From an uncultured Gemmatimonadales bacterium (lineage in GTDB: Bacteria; Gemmatimonadota; Gemmatimonadetes; Longimicrobiales; RSA9), in assembly GCA_963783305.1 (NCBI GenBank), contig CAWAMW010000007.1, forward strand, positions 384,001 through 448,000: 64,000 nucleotides of DNA, in the 5' to 3' direction. The position numbers were made by a program, and so were the translations under genes. The notes beneath the pieces are model-generated. The model was not told where the DNA came from. It saw only the letters and a list, made by a program, of their open reading frames with translations, and did no database searches. Of this stretch, positions 48,325 through 58,733 are shown piece after piece; the stretch's first letter is position 1, and the number at the start of each line of letters is the position of its first letter.

Positions 48325-48351
48325 TCAAGAGTCCGGAGCTTCGGCCGAGAA
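48325..48351 (+). promoter_or_regulatory. Putative sigma28 promoter for cheR-D-Y-X-B
   Basis: TCAA(G)-N15-GCCGAGAA. Confidence 0.65.
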
Positions 48352-48389
48352 TAGCCAGGGTGCAGGAGACCATCGAGAAGGAGCCGGAG

Positions 48390-49196
48390 ATGTCGAGTGG
48401 GTATCCGTCGCTGGAGCTGAGCGCCCGTGAGTTCGGGCGGATCAGCGACACCATGCGGGAAGTCGCGGGAATCAAGCTGCCGCCGGGCAAGGAGACGCTG
48501 GTCAAGTCGCGGCTCTCGAAGCGACTGCGGGTCCTGGGCCTGGAGGATTTCGACGCCTACCTGCGGTTCCTGGATGAGGATGGCACGGGGGGCGAGCTCA
48601 CGGAGATGGTCGATGCCCTGACCACGAACAAGACCAGCTTCTTCCGCGAGTCCGCGCACTTCGACCACGTCGTCGAGGAGGTTCTGACCCAGGGCGGGCC
48701 GACGGGGCTCCGCCTGTGGAGCGCCGGCTGCTCCACGGGGGAGGAGCCGTACACGCTGGCCATGCTGGTTCGGGAGCACGCCCCGACCCGTACCGACACG
48801 CGGATCCTGGCCACCGACATTTCGGGGCACGCGCTGCGCGCCGCCCGGCTCGGTGAGTACCCCCCGGCCGTGGTGGAAGCCGTGCCGGAGGTGCTGCGCA
48901 AGCGCTACCTGGAACGAGGAGCGGGCGGTCGCTCGCGCGTTGCGGCGGAGTTGCGCTCCCTCGTCTCTTTTGCGCACCTCAACCTGATGGGCGAATGGCC
49001 CATGCGCGGTCCCTTCGACGTGATCTTCTGCCGGAATGTGATGATCTATTTTGGCCGCGACGTGCGCGAGCGGCTGGTCCGTCGTTTCCACGGCATGCTG
49101 CGCCCAGGCGGGCACCTGTACGTGGGTCACAGCGAGAGCCTGACCGGCCTCGACCACCCCTTCCAGTACGTTCGGCCCGCGGTGTACAGGCGGTGA
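48390..49196 (+). CDS. cheR: Chemotaxis methyltransferase CheR
   Basis: 'TTNKTSFFRE', 'WSAGCSTGEEPYT', 'ATDIS', 'FDVIFCRNVMIYF', 'GHSESL'. Confidence 0.97.
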   Translation: MSSGYPSLELSAREFGRISDTMREVAGIKLPPGKETLVKSRLSKRLRVLGLEDFDAYLRFLDEDGTGGELTEMVDALTTNKTSFFRESAHFDHVVEEVLTQGGPTGLRLWSAGCSTGEEPYTLAMLVREHAPTRTDTRILATDISGHALRAARLGEYPPAVVEAVPEVLRKRYLERGAGGRSRVAAELRSLVSFAHLNLMGEWPMRGPFDVIFCRNVMIYFGRDVRERLVRRFHGMLRPGGHLYVGHSESLTGLDHPFQYVRPAVYRR

Positions 49197-49207
49197 TCGG
49201 CACCCGG

Positions 49208-49693
49208 ATGGACACCCGGATCGTCGTCGGAATCGCCGATCTGAGGATCGGGCGCGCGGGCGACCACCTGATCACGCACGCGCTGGGAAGCTGTCTGGGC
49301 ATTGTCGCCCACGACGCGGTCGCCGGGGTGGGGGGCATGCTCCACGTGATGCTGCCCGACTCCCGAATCAATCCCGCGAAGGCGAATAGCCACCCGGCCA
49401 TGTTCGTGGACACGGGCGTGCCGCGCCTGTTCGAGGAGTGTTATCGGGTGGGAGCTCGCAAGGAGCGGATGTCCGTCTGGGTGGCCGGGGGCGCAGGAAG
49501 GGCAGCGGGTCCGGAGGTGGACTCGTTCCAGATCGGCAAGCGCAACTTCGTCATGCTGCGCAAGCTGCTCTGGAAGAACGGCGTGCTGATTCGTGGCCAG
49601 GATGTGGGCGGCCATGGCAGCCGCGACCTGATGTACGAAGTGACGACGGGAATTGTGAAGGTCCGGTCCGCGGGGGAAACGCGGACCCTCTAG
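49208..49693 (+). CDS. cheD: Chemoreceptor glutamine deamidase CheD
   Basis: 'VVGIAD', 'T.ALGSC.G', 'GG.LH.MLP', 'GGA', 'IGKRN', 'DVGG'. Confidence 0.93.
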   Translation: MDTRIVVGIADLRIGRAGDHLITHALGSCLGIVAHDAVAGVGGMLHVMLPDSRINPAKANSHPAMFVDTGVPRLFEECYRVGARKERMSVWVAGGAGRAAGPEVDSFQIGKRNFVMLRKLLWKNGVLIRGQDVGGHGSRDLMYEVTTGIVKVRSAGETRTL

Positions 49694-49706
49694 CAAGGGG
49701 AAGATC

Positions 49707-50082
49707 ATGGGACTCAGGGTCCTGGTGGTAGATGACAGCGCGGTGATGCGGCAGCTGATCCGTCGGACGCTCGTGCTCACGGGGCTGTCGCTCGAGCATG
49801 TCGAGGAGGCATGCGACGGCGCGGTGGCGTGGGGCGCGTTGGGCCGGAGCCGGTACGACCTGGCCCTGGTGGACATCAACATGCCGGTCATGGACGGCGA
49901 GGAGCTGATCGACCGGATCCGGTGCGACAGCCGGGTGAAGGACCTGCCCGTCCTGGTGGTGTCGACGGAGAGCGGGGAGACCCGCCTGGCGCGGCTCACG
50001 CCGAAGGTCGAGGGCTTCGTCCACAAGCCGTTCACGCCTGAGGCCCTCGGCGAACAGATCCGTATGATGGTGGAGGTGCCCC

Positions 50083-50093
<11 letters not shown>
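49707..50093 (+). CDS. cheY: Single-domain response regulator CheY
   Basis: 'LVVDDS..MR', 'DINMPVMDG', 'VSTES', 'KPFTPE'. Confidence 0.88.
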
Positions 50094-51560
<1,467 letters not shown>

Positions 51561-51592
51561 CCGGTAGTGGCGCGAGGGAGCGGGACGTAGAA

Positions 51593-51624
51593 ACGCCCGG
51601 GATCGCGAACGCGGCCCCGGGCGT
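51593..51624. terminator. Hairpin between convergent cheB and fliW
   Basis: ACGCCCGGG ... CCCGGGCGT stem. Confidence 0.5.
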
Positions 51625-51644
51625 CTTCGTGGGCGTCGTCGTCG

Positions 51645-52106
51645 TCAGTCGAGCAGTGAGAGGGGCCGTCGCACTCCATGCGCGGAGTCCCGCAGGATGA
51701 CCTGCCGTCCGATTCCCTCGGACAGGTTCAGCGCCAGCGGACCCTGCAGATTGGCTGTGGCGCTCGTGTCCTCGGACGGCGGCAGCGTCACAATGGCCAG
51801 GATGGCAACATCGCCGTGGGAGCGAGCGCCGAGGGACTCGACGTGGGGGGCGGCGAGCTCGACCTCATAATCGTCGAAGTGGAGGAACGGATCGACGAGG
51901 AAGAAGATCAGCGACGGGTGCTCTGCCGACTGTAGCCAGTAGCTCCCCCCGCCGCCGGCGGGCACGAGCACGTAGTCGCGGGTATCCGGGAACCCCAGGA
52001 GGCCGTCCGGGAAACGCACCAGGCGCGTCTCCGGGATGGTGAGTGGGCCCAGCACTTCCGAGGCGACGGAAAGCATTCGCGGCGATGGCATGGCAACGAC
52101 GTTCAT
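51645..52106 (-). CDS. fliW: Flagellar assembly factor FliW
   Basis: 'F..GLLGF', 'WLQS', 'VDPF..F.DY', 'TANL.GP...N','G.QVIL'. Confidence 0.93.
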   Translation of the reverse strand: MNVVAMPSPRMLSVASEVLGPLTIPETRLVRFPDGLLGFPDTRDYVLVPAGGGGSYWLQSAEHPSLIFFLVDPFLHFDDYEVELAAPHVESLGARSHGDVAILAIVTLPPSEDTSATANLQGPLALNLSEGIGRQVILRDSAHGVRRPLSLLD

Positions 52107-52981
52107 CGGATATAGTCGGCTAGAGTGGTGGACATGATCTTCGATGCGGCCAGGAGCGCTGACTGGTAGGCCATCTGTCGACCCACGAGATCGGCCACGG
52201 CTTCCTCGATCTCCACGTCCTCCAGGTCGGAGCGCAGGGTCTTCAGGTTCAGGTCGAGCGCCTCCACGTTGGCACTTGCCACCTCGAGTCGGTTGGTCCG
52301 CGCGCCGACCTCCGAGAGCACCCTCTGTACCCCATCGAACGCGGCGTCCAGCTCGGACAGGGAGCCACTCAGGCGGCTGGTGTCCCCGCTCTGGAGCGCG
52401 TCCGCCAGCTCCGACAGGGCGTTGAAGACGCCGGTGTCCTCGAAGACTTCGGCGCCATCGTGATTCGTGGTGAACCAGCCGGACCCACCGATATCCACCT
52501 GGTGCCCGGCGGAGCGCACGTTGTCGCCCATCACTCCGGTGGCGTCGAACGGCGGGGCGTCGGGGGCATCGCCCCCGAACAGGAAGCCATCGTCGAACGG
52601 GGTGTTGGCCGCCTGTACGGCCGCATCCAGGAGCACCTGTGCTTCGTCGCCGAGCGTCGCCAGAGACTGCGCGTCGGCCGTGCCGGACAGGCCCGCAACG
52701 CCCAGCTCCTTGGCGCGGGTCAGAAAATTCGTCAGGCCCTCGAGGGCGCTCTCTTCCGCTCGCAGGCGCGAGCCCGCCCGCTCGATATTGCGCCCGTACT
52801 GTTCCAGCGCCCGGCTGCCGCGAGCGGAGCGCAGGATCCCGTCCGCCGCCACCGGGTCATCGGAGGGGGCGTGCACGCGCTTCCCCGTGGCAACCCGACG
52901 CTGCGCGTCGGCCAGCCCGCTCATCGTGTTTCGGATAGCCGCCAGCGTCTCGCGCTGAATGGCGTTGCTCGTGATTCTCAA
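52103..52981 (-). CDS. flgL: Flagellar hook-filament junction protein FlgL
   Basis: TTG start 'LRITSN', 'ATGKRV..PSDDPV', 'FLFGG', 'VGARTNRL', 'YQSAL....KI...TLADYIR'. Confidence 0.88.
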   Translation of the reverse strand: MRITSNAIQRETLAAIRNTMSGLADAQRRVATGKRVHAPSDDPVAADGILRSARGSRALEQYGRNIERAGSRLRAEESALEGLTNFLTRAKELGVAGLSGTADAQSLATLGDEAQVLLDAAVQAANTPFDDGFLFGGDAPDAPPFDATGVMGDNVRSAGHQVDIGGSGWFTTNHDGAEVFEDTGVFNALSELADALQSGDTSRLSGSLSELDAAFDGVQRVLSEVGARTNRLEVASANVEALDLNLKTLRSDLEDVEIEEAVADLVGRQMAYQSALLAASKIMSTTLADYIR

Positions 52982-53059
52982 GGTCGCTACTCTCCGGTCG
53001 CACATGCCCAGGGGTCCGGGTTCTCGATGCCCGGCCATTTCGTTATCATTCGCTCCTCA

Positions 53060-53087
53060 CTATCGGCACGAACCGCTAACAACTTTA
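53060..53087 (-). promoter_or_regulatory. sigma28 promoter for flgL-fliW
   Basis: Minus strand TAAAG-N15-GCCGATAG, near consensus. Confidence 0.75.
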
Positions 53088-53106
53088 GCCAACCGCTTCA
53101 GCTCGT

Positions 53107-54468
53107 ATGGCCACAATCCTCTGCGTCGATGACGATCCAGCGATCCTGAGCACGTTCCAGGCGGCTCTGGAGCGCGTCGGTCATCGGGTGATCCCGGTGA
53201 ACAACGCAGCGGCGGGGCTGAAGGTCGTGGGACGGGGCGGGGTGGATCTGATCATCACGGATTACCGGATGCCCGAGATGACGGGGCTCGAGTTCGTGAC
53301 GAAGCTGCGGGCGGAGGGGATCGACACCCCGCTGATCATGGTCACGGGCCACGAGAGCATCGAACACGCGGTCTCGGCCATGAAGGCGGGCGCCACGGAC
53401 TACCTGCCGAAGCCGGTACGCGTCCGGCAGCTCGAGATCGCGGCGGAGCAGGCCCTGGAGCTCTCGCGCCTCCAGCGTGAGAACCGATCGCTCAAGGAGG
53501 AAGTCAGGCAGCTGCGTGGGGATCATTCGATCGTAGGCGACAGCGAGCCACTGAAGCGGGTCATGGAGCTGATCCGCACCGTCGCCCCGACCCGCTCCAC
53601 CGTGCTGATCCAGGGGGAGTCCGGTACCGGGAAGGAGCTGGTGGCACGGGCGCTCCACCACGCCAGCGACCGGAGCGATCACTCCTTCGTCTCGGTGAAC
53701 TGCGCCGCGCTGCCCGAGAGCCTGATCGAGAGCTCCCTGTTCGGCCACGAGAAGGGTGCCTTCACCGGCGCGACGCGGCAGGTGAAGGGCGCGTTCGAGC
53801 GCGCGGACCGCGGCACCCTCCTACTGGACGAGGTCACGGAGATGCGCCCGGACCTCCAGGCCAAGCTGCTCCGGGTCATCCAGGAGCAGGAGTTCGAGCG
53901 CGTGGGCGGCGGCACACCGATCCGGGTAGACGTGCGGATCGTGGCCACGACGAACCGCGACCTGAAGGAGGCGGTGCGCAACGGCGATTTCCGCGAGGAC
54001 CTCTACTACCGCCTCGCCGTCGTCCCCGTCACCGTGCCGCCTCTCCGAGATCGCCTCGGCGATGTGCCCGCCCTCGCCCAGCGCTTCTCCCGCCGCACGG
54101 CCGAGGCGGTGGGCAAGGACGTGCAAGGCGTGTCCGCCGCGGCCATCGAGCACCTCCAGAGCCACCACTGGCCCGGCAACGTCCGGGAGCTCGCGCACGC
54201 GGTGGAGCGCGCGGTGATCCTGAGCACCACACCCGTCCTGGGACCGGATGACTTCGACCTGGCCGCAATCTCGCCGACGTCCAGACCCGCCGCCGGTCCC
54301 GCGGCCCGCCGGGGGGTGCTTACCCTCGAGTCGTTCGATGTCAGGGACGCGGAGGCCGCACTCATCGCGCGGGCGCTGGAGGCCACCGATCAGAACCGGA
54401 CCCAGGCTGCGGACCTCCTGGGCATCAGCGTTCGCACCCTGCGCAACAAGCTGAATCAACCCGACTGA
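53107..54468 (+). CDS. Sigma54-dependent response regulator (NtrC family; likely flagellar activator, FlgR/FlbD/FleR-like)
   Basis: REC; GESGTGKEL, GAFTGA, LDE, 'WPGNVREL'; Fis-type HTH 'AADLLGIS.RTLRNKL'. Confidence 0.95.
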   Translation: MATILCVDDDPAILSTFQAALERVGHRVIPVNNAAAGLKVVGRGGVDLIITDYRMPEMTGLEFVTKLRAEGIDTPLIMVTGHESIEHAVSAMKAGATDYLPKPVRVRQLEIAAEQALELSRLQRENRSLKEEVRQLRGDHSIVGDSEPLKRVMELIRTVAPTRSTVLIQGESGTGKELVARALHHASDRSDHSFVSVNCAALPESLIESSLFGHEKGAFTGATRQVKGAFERADRGTLLLDEVTEMRPDLQAKLLRVIQEQEFERVGGGTPIRVDVRIVATTNRDLKEAVRNGDFREDLYYRLAVVPVTVPPLRDRLGDVPALAQRFSRRTAEAVGKDVQGVSAAAIEHLQSHHWPGNVRELAHAVERAVILSTTPVLGPDDFDLAAISPTSRPAAGPAARRGVLTLESFDVRDAEAALIARALEATDQNRTQAADLLGISVRTLRNKLNQPD

Positions 54469-54501
54469 CGCACGACCGTCGTCGAAGTTGGCGCGTCCAC
54501 C

Positions 54502-54586
54502 CGGCAAAGCTCTCCCCACTACCCGGCACATCCTGCCGATCCGCAACGCCAGGACCCCCCCAGCCAGCCTCCGGAAAACGTCTCCG
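54502..54586 (+). promoter_or_regulatory. Three ftr-like enhancer sites (CGGCA-N5-TGCCG type)
   Basis: CGGCAAAGCTCTCCC (54502), CGGCACATCCTGCCG (54524), CGGAAAACGTCTCCG (54572). Confidence 0.5.
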
Positions 54587-54682
54587 AACCCCCGTTGCGC
54601 TCTGTCCTGAACCTCTGTTCCTCGTACTCCCACAACGACTTCGAGCGGGTCATGCTCTCCTCCTTCGACGCCCGCCCCAGCG

Positions 54683-54697
54683 TGGAACGCCCATTGC
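54683..54697 (+). promoter_or_regulatory. sigma54 promoter of the flgB operon
   Basis: TGGAACGCCCATTGC gives GG-N10-GC with TTGC at -12. Confidence 0.8.
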
Positions 54698-54724
54698 CTT
54701 AGCCGATCGCACGAAGGCCCCACA

Positions 54725-55015
54725 ATGCGAACGGTGATGACGCCAATGCTGAACAGGATCCTCGGAAACGAGAGCACCTCCGCCCTCCTCAGGGATGGCC
54801 TGACGGTGGGCAGCCGTCGGGTCCGCGAGGTCGCGGAGCGGGTCGCAAACGCGTCGCGCAACGACTTCGCCACCGAGCTGGAGGCCGCACAGGGGGCGGT
54901 CGACCTGGAGAAGGAGATGGTCAACCTCGCGGACGAACAGCTCCGGTTCGAAGCCACCACGCGACTCCTCCAGAAGGTCTACGCACAGATCCGCTCCAGC
55001 GTACGGGAGCGGTGA
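54725..55015 (+). CDS. flgB: Compact flagellar rod protein FlgB
   Basis: 'R..EVAERVANA' and 'VDLEKEM..LA..QLRFEA...LL'; first gene before flgC. Confidence 0.75.
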   Translation: MRTVMTPMLNRILGNESTSALLRDGLTVGSRRVREVAERVANASRNDFATELEAAQGAVDLEKEMVNLADEQLRFEATTRLLQKVYAQIRSSVRER

Positions 55016-55521
55016 TGGCGGGCTTGAGCGGCATCGGTGGCGGGTCCCGCCTCTTCCGCGGTCTCGATATCGCCGCGAGCGGGCTGTCGGCCCAGCGGCG
55101 TCGGATCGAAGTGGTGGCGACGAACATCGCCAACGCCGAAACCACGCGCACGGCTGAGGGCGGGGCGTATCGCCGGCAGGTCGTCGCCATGGCCGCCGCC
55201 GACGTGGGCGCGGGTGGCGGGACCGGGCCACTCACTCCGGGGGAGCTCCCGGTCGCCATCCGGGCGGGGGAGCTCCCGGGCGGCGGCGACGCGGAGTCCA
55301 TGGGCGTGGTGGTGACGGGAGTGGAGGAGGTCGAGGGGGAGGGTCCCATGGTATACGACCCCTCGCACCCCGACGCTGGCGAGGACGGCTACGTCCGCTA
55401 CCCGAACGTCCGCATGACGGACGAGCTGGTCACGATGATGGAGGCGCGGCGCCTGTACGAGGCCAACGCCACGGTATTCGATGCGGTCAAGAGCATGCTT
55501 CGGCGTGCCACCGAGATCTGA
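55012..55521 (+). CDS. flgC: Flagellar rod protein FlgC
   Basis: 'IAASGLSAQR.R.EV.A.NIANAETT', 'YDP.HPDA...GYV.YPNV', 'YEAN'. Confidence 0.97.
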   Translation: MMAGLSGIGGGSRLFRGLDIAASGLSAQRRRIEVVATNIANAETTRTAEGGAYRRQVVAMAAADVGAGGGTGPLTPGELPVAIRAGELPGGGDAESMGVVVTGVEEVEGEGPMVYDPSHPDAGEDGYVRYPNVRMTDELVTMMEARRLYEANATVFDAVKSMLRRATEI

Positions 55522-55532
55522 AGAGGAGCGGC

Positions 55533-55883
55533 ATGAGCGTACAGGGGATCGGACCGGGAGCACCGCAGTGGCTGCGGGCGCCGGAGACCACCAGCGCGCC
55601 GAAGGACACGGGCGATGCTGGCAGGGCTCGTGAGCCGCAGGCGCAGCCCTCGCGGGTCGGGAGCGAGGCCACTCTCGCGGTGGCCCCGCCGAGCCCGGGG
55701 CACGCGACCGCGGCCGGCAGCGCCCCGGAGGGCGTGGACGCGGAGCTGTGGAGCCTCCTGACGACAGAGGAGCGCGGGCACTTCGCACGCTTCGCGGCCA
55801 TGGGGGGCGTGACGTACGGCCCCGGCGCCGGCACACCGTCACGGCCGCTGGCGAGCGGGCACCGGCTGGACCTGAAGGTCTGA
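55533..55883 (+). CDS. Hypothetical protein within the flagellar operon
   Basis: GAGGAG RBS; in-operon spacing; C-terminus 'GHRLDLKV'. Confidence 0.7.
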   Translation: MSVQGIGPGAPQWLRAPETTSAPKDTGDAGRAREPQAQPSRVGSEATLAVAPPSPGHATAAGSAPEGVDAELWSLLTTEERGHFARFAAMGGVTYGPGAGTPSRPLASGHRLDLKV

Positions 55884-55884
55884 C

Positions 55885-56187
55885 GTGGCGATCCAGGGAG
55901 TAGGCGCGGTTGCCGCCCAGCGTCTCGACACAGGCTCACAGCGGATCGAGGGGCTGAAGAGCGCGGACACGTCCTTCGGCGATGTCCTCAAGGATGCGCT
56001 CGGCGAGGTGTCGCAGCTCCAGGACCAGGCGCGCGACGCGATCGGTGCGTTCCTGCGCGGGGAGCCGGTGGAGTTGCACGAGGTGATGGCCGCCACCGAG
56101 GAGGCCGGGATCGCGCTGGACCTCGTGATCGAGATCCGCAACAAGCTCACCGAGGCGTACCGCTCGGTGATCAACATGCAGGGTTAG
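55885..56187 (+). CDS. fliE: Flagellar hook-basal body protein FliE
   Basis: 'SFGDVLKDAL.EV', 'LHEVM.A..EA......IEIRNKL.EAY..VINMQ'. Confidence 0.95.
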   Translation: MAIQGVGAVAAQRLDTGSQRIEGLKSADTSFGDVLKDALGEVSQLQDQARDAIGAFLRGEPVELHEVMAATEEAGIALDLVIEIRNKLTEAYRSVINMQG

Positions 56188-56191
56188 GGGC

Positions 56192-57697
56192 ATGGTCGAG
56201 CGGCTGAACACGCTGGCGGGCCGGATCGCGGGGCTCGGCGTGCGGCGCGTGGCGGCGCTGGGCGGTGCGGCGGTCGCCGTGGTCGGGCTCCTGTTGATCG
56301 CCTCGTGGGGCGGCGGCTCCGCCTGGGTCCCCGTGGCCGCCGGGATCCCGCTGGAGCAGATGGGCGAAGTGACGCGCTCGCTGGAGGAGGCGAAGATCGA
56401 GCACCGGCTGGCTGCGGGCGGCGCCCGCGTGGAAGTGCCGGAGCAGGAGCTGGCCCGGGCCCGGGTCGAGCTGGCGAGCCGCGGCCTGCCGGGTCCGACC
56501 GGAAAGGGGTTCGAGCTTTTCGACCAGCCCGCGTGGGGAATGACCGACTTCACGCAGCGGATCAACTACCGGCGGGCACTGGAAGGCGAGCTGGAGCGGA
56601 CGATCGGGGCCATGGAGGGGGTGAAGAGCGCACGCGTCCACCTGGCGCTCCAGCAGAGCTCCGTTCTGCGCGGGGCCCGTCGGCCCGCGGAGGCTTCCGT
56701 GGTGGTGCAGATGGCCTCCGGTGCGCGCCCCACGGCCGGACTGGTGGAGGGGGTCGGCTTCCTGGTGGCGAGCAGCGTGGACGAGCTCTCGAGCGACCAT
56801 GTGACGGTGCTGGACCACTCGGGCCGCCTCATGACCCGGTCGGTGGAGGACGAGGAGGGATTCGGGCTCACGCACCGCCAGCTGGAGCTTCGCAGTGAGG
56901 TGGAGGAGTACCTGGAGGCGAAAGCCGAGGCGCTCGTGAGCGATGTGCTCGGCGCAGGGAACGCCCGCGTCCGCGTGGCCGCCGAGCTGAACCTGGATCG
57001 CGTCGACCGCACCGTCCAGGCGGTGAACCCCGATCAGCAGATGATGACCCGGGAGGAGCGGACGGAGATCACGCCGGGTCCCGAGGACGTGGGTGCGGCG
57101 TCGGTCGCCTACAAGACAGACTTCGCCGCCACCCGCAGTGTAGAGCGCTACACCTCCGGCTATGGGGATGTGAAGCGCCTTTCCGTGGCGCTGCTGCTGA
57201 ACGAGGACGCCGAAAGTGCCGCCGGCGAGAGAGTCGATGCCGATCCGGCACGCCTCCAGGCGCTCGTCGCCGCCGCCATCGGTCTGAATCCGGGTCGCGG
57301 AGACGTGATCTCGGTGGTCAAGGTGCCCTTCGATCGCCCGGCGGCGCTGCCGGAAGGTTCTCCCGGACCGTCCTTCTGGGAGCTATGGGATACCCTCCAG
57401 CGCCCGGTCCTCACGGTGATCGGTCTCCTGCTCGCGTTCGTGCTCGGCATGAAGATGATCCGGTCGCTGGCCGTGGCGCCTCGCGCGCAGTCCAGGGCGC
57501 TGGCGCCGGGCAGCGCGGAATCGGCGGGCGGACTCTCCGCGGCTGCGCCCGGTGCGGCTCCGCCGCTGGACAAGGGTGAGGCGCTCCGGCAGCGGCTGAA
57601 CGAGGTGCAGGCGCAGCGGATGCAGGCGGTTACGTCGGGCGTCATGGAGCGGCCGGACCTGGCTGCCCGCGTCGTCCAGGCCTGGCTGAAGGACTGA
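56192..57697 (+). CDS. fliF: Flagellar MS-ring protein FliF
   Basis: 'GFELFD', 'T.F.Q.INY.RALEGEL.RTI', 'ARVHLA', 'ASV', 'RGD.ISV'; two TM segments. Confidence 0.96.
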   Translation: MVERLNTLAGRIAGLGVRRVAALGGAAVAVVGLLLIASWGGGSAWVPVAAGIPLEQMGEVTRSLEEAKIEHRLAAGGARVEVPEQELARARVELASRGLPGPTGKGFELFDQPAWGMTDFTQRINYRRALEGELERTIGAMEGVKSARVHLALQQSSVLRGARRPAEASVVVQMASGARPTAGLVEGVGFLVASSVDELSSDHVTVLDHSGRLMTRSVEDEEGFGLTHRQLELRSEVEEYLEAKAEALVSDVLGAGNARVRVAAELNLDRVDRTVQAVNPDQQMMTREERTEITPGPEDVGAASVAYKTDFAATRSVERYTSGYGDVKRLSVALLLNEDAESAAGERVDADPARLQALVAAAIGLNPGRGDVISVVKVPFDRPAALPEGSPGPSFWELWDTLQRPVLTVIGLLLAFVLGMKMIRSLAVAPRAQSRALAPGSAESAGGLSAAAPGAAPPLDKGEALRQRLNEVQAQRMQAVTSGVMERPDLAARVVQAWLKD

Positions 57698-57701
57698 TCC
57701 C

Positions 57702-58733
57702 ATGGCTTCCAGAACCGTTCCGCTCGGGCTGGAGCAGCTGAAGGGTCGCGAGAAGATCGCGATTCTCCTCATGGCGCTGGGCCCCAAGGCGGCCACGTCC
57801 CTGACCCGATCCCTCTCTGCCGACGACCTGGAGGGGGTCACCCTCGAGATCGCGCGCATGGACACGGTCCCGCCGGAGCTTGCGGAGGCGGTCCTCGAGG
57901 AGTGGTACGAGACGGAACGGGCCGCGGCATCGCTTGCGACGGGAGGAGTGGGCGTGGCCCAGGAGATCCTGGAGGCGGCATTGGGACAGGAGCGGGCGTC
58001 CGCGGTCCTGCAGAGGATCGAGACGCAGCTCAAGGACCGCAGCGGGCTCTACGACCTGCGGAAGGTGGACCCGCAGCAGCTGGCCAGCGTGCTACGGGCG
58101 GAGCACCCGCAGGCCATCGCGCTGGTCCTCGCACACCTGGACTCCGCGCAGACCGCCGCCGTGATCCGGGACCTGGAAGCCGACGTGGGAGCCGACGTCA
58201 TCTATCGGATGGCGCGGATGGACAAGGTCTCCCCGGAGGTGCTGGACGTGATCAAGAAATCGGTGGGCGGGACCTCCGAGCTGTCGCTCTCCCAGGAGCT
58301 GCGGGCAGCGGGCGGGCCCCAGTCGGTGGCGCAGGTGATGAACCTGCTCGCGGGCACGCTGGAGAAGGAGCTCATGAGCCGGCTGTCGGAGCGGGACTCG
58401 CAGCTCACCGACGAGATCAAGGACCTGATGTTCGTGTTCGAGGACATCGTCAAGCTGGATCCGCGAGCGCTCCAGCGGCTGCTGGGTGAAGTGGAGTCCA
58501 AGACGCTGGCGCTGGCGCTGAAGACGGCCACGGAAGAGCTGAAGGGGCGGGTCCAGGAGACCATGTCCCAGCGCGCCCGCTCGGCCCTGACCGAGGAGAT
58601 GGAGTTCCTGGGTCCCGTCCGGCTGAGTGATGTGGAAGCGGCCCAGGCGGAAATCGTGAAGGTGGCACGCTCGCTGGAGGAGGCGGGCGAGATCGTGATC
58701 TCCGGCGGAGACACCGATGTTCTCGTCGAGTAG
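57702..58733 (+). CDS. fliG: Flagellar motor switch protein FliG
   Basis: 'K.AILLM.LG', 'EHPQ.IAL', 'MFVFEDI', 'GPVRLSDVE.AQ.EIV'. Confidence 0.97.
   Translation: MASRTVPLGLEQLKGREKIAILLMALGPKAATSLTRSLSADDLEGVTLEIARMDTVPPELAEAVLEEWYETERAAASLATGGVGVAQEILEAALGQERASAVLQRIETQLKDRSGLYDLRKVDPQQLASVLRAEHPQAIALVLAHLDSAQTAAVIRDLEADVGADVIYRMARMDKVSPEVLDVIKKSVGGTSELSLSQELRAAGGPQSVAQVMNLLAGTLEKELMSRLSERDSQLTDEIKDLMFVFEDIVKLDPRALQRLLGEVESKTLALALKTATEELKGRVQETMSQRARSALTEEMEFLGPVRLSDVEAAQAEIVKVARSLEEAGEIVISGGDTDVLVE

Noticed and set aside
52103..52981. Flagellin (fliC) call, given the adjacent fliW
   Set aside because: The N- and C-terminal motifs (PSDDPV, FLFGG, terminal TLADYIR) fit FlgL rather than flagellin.
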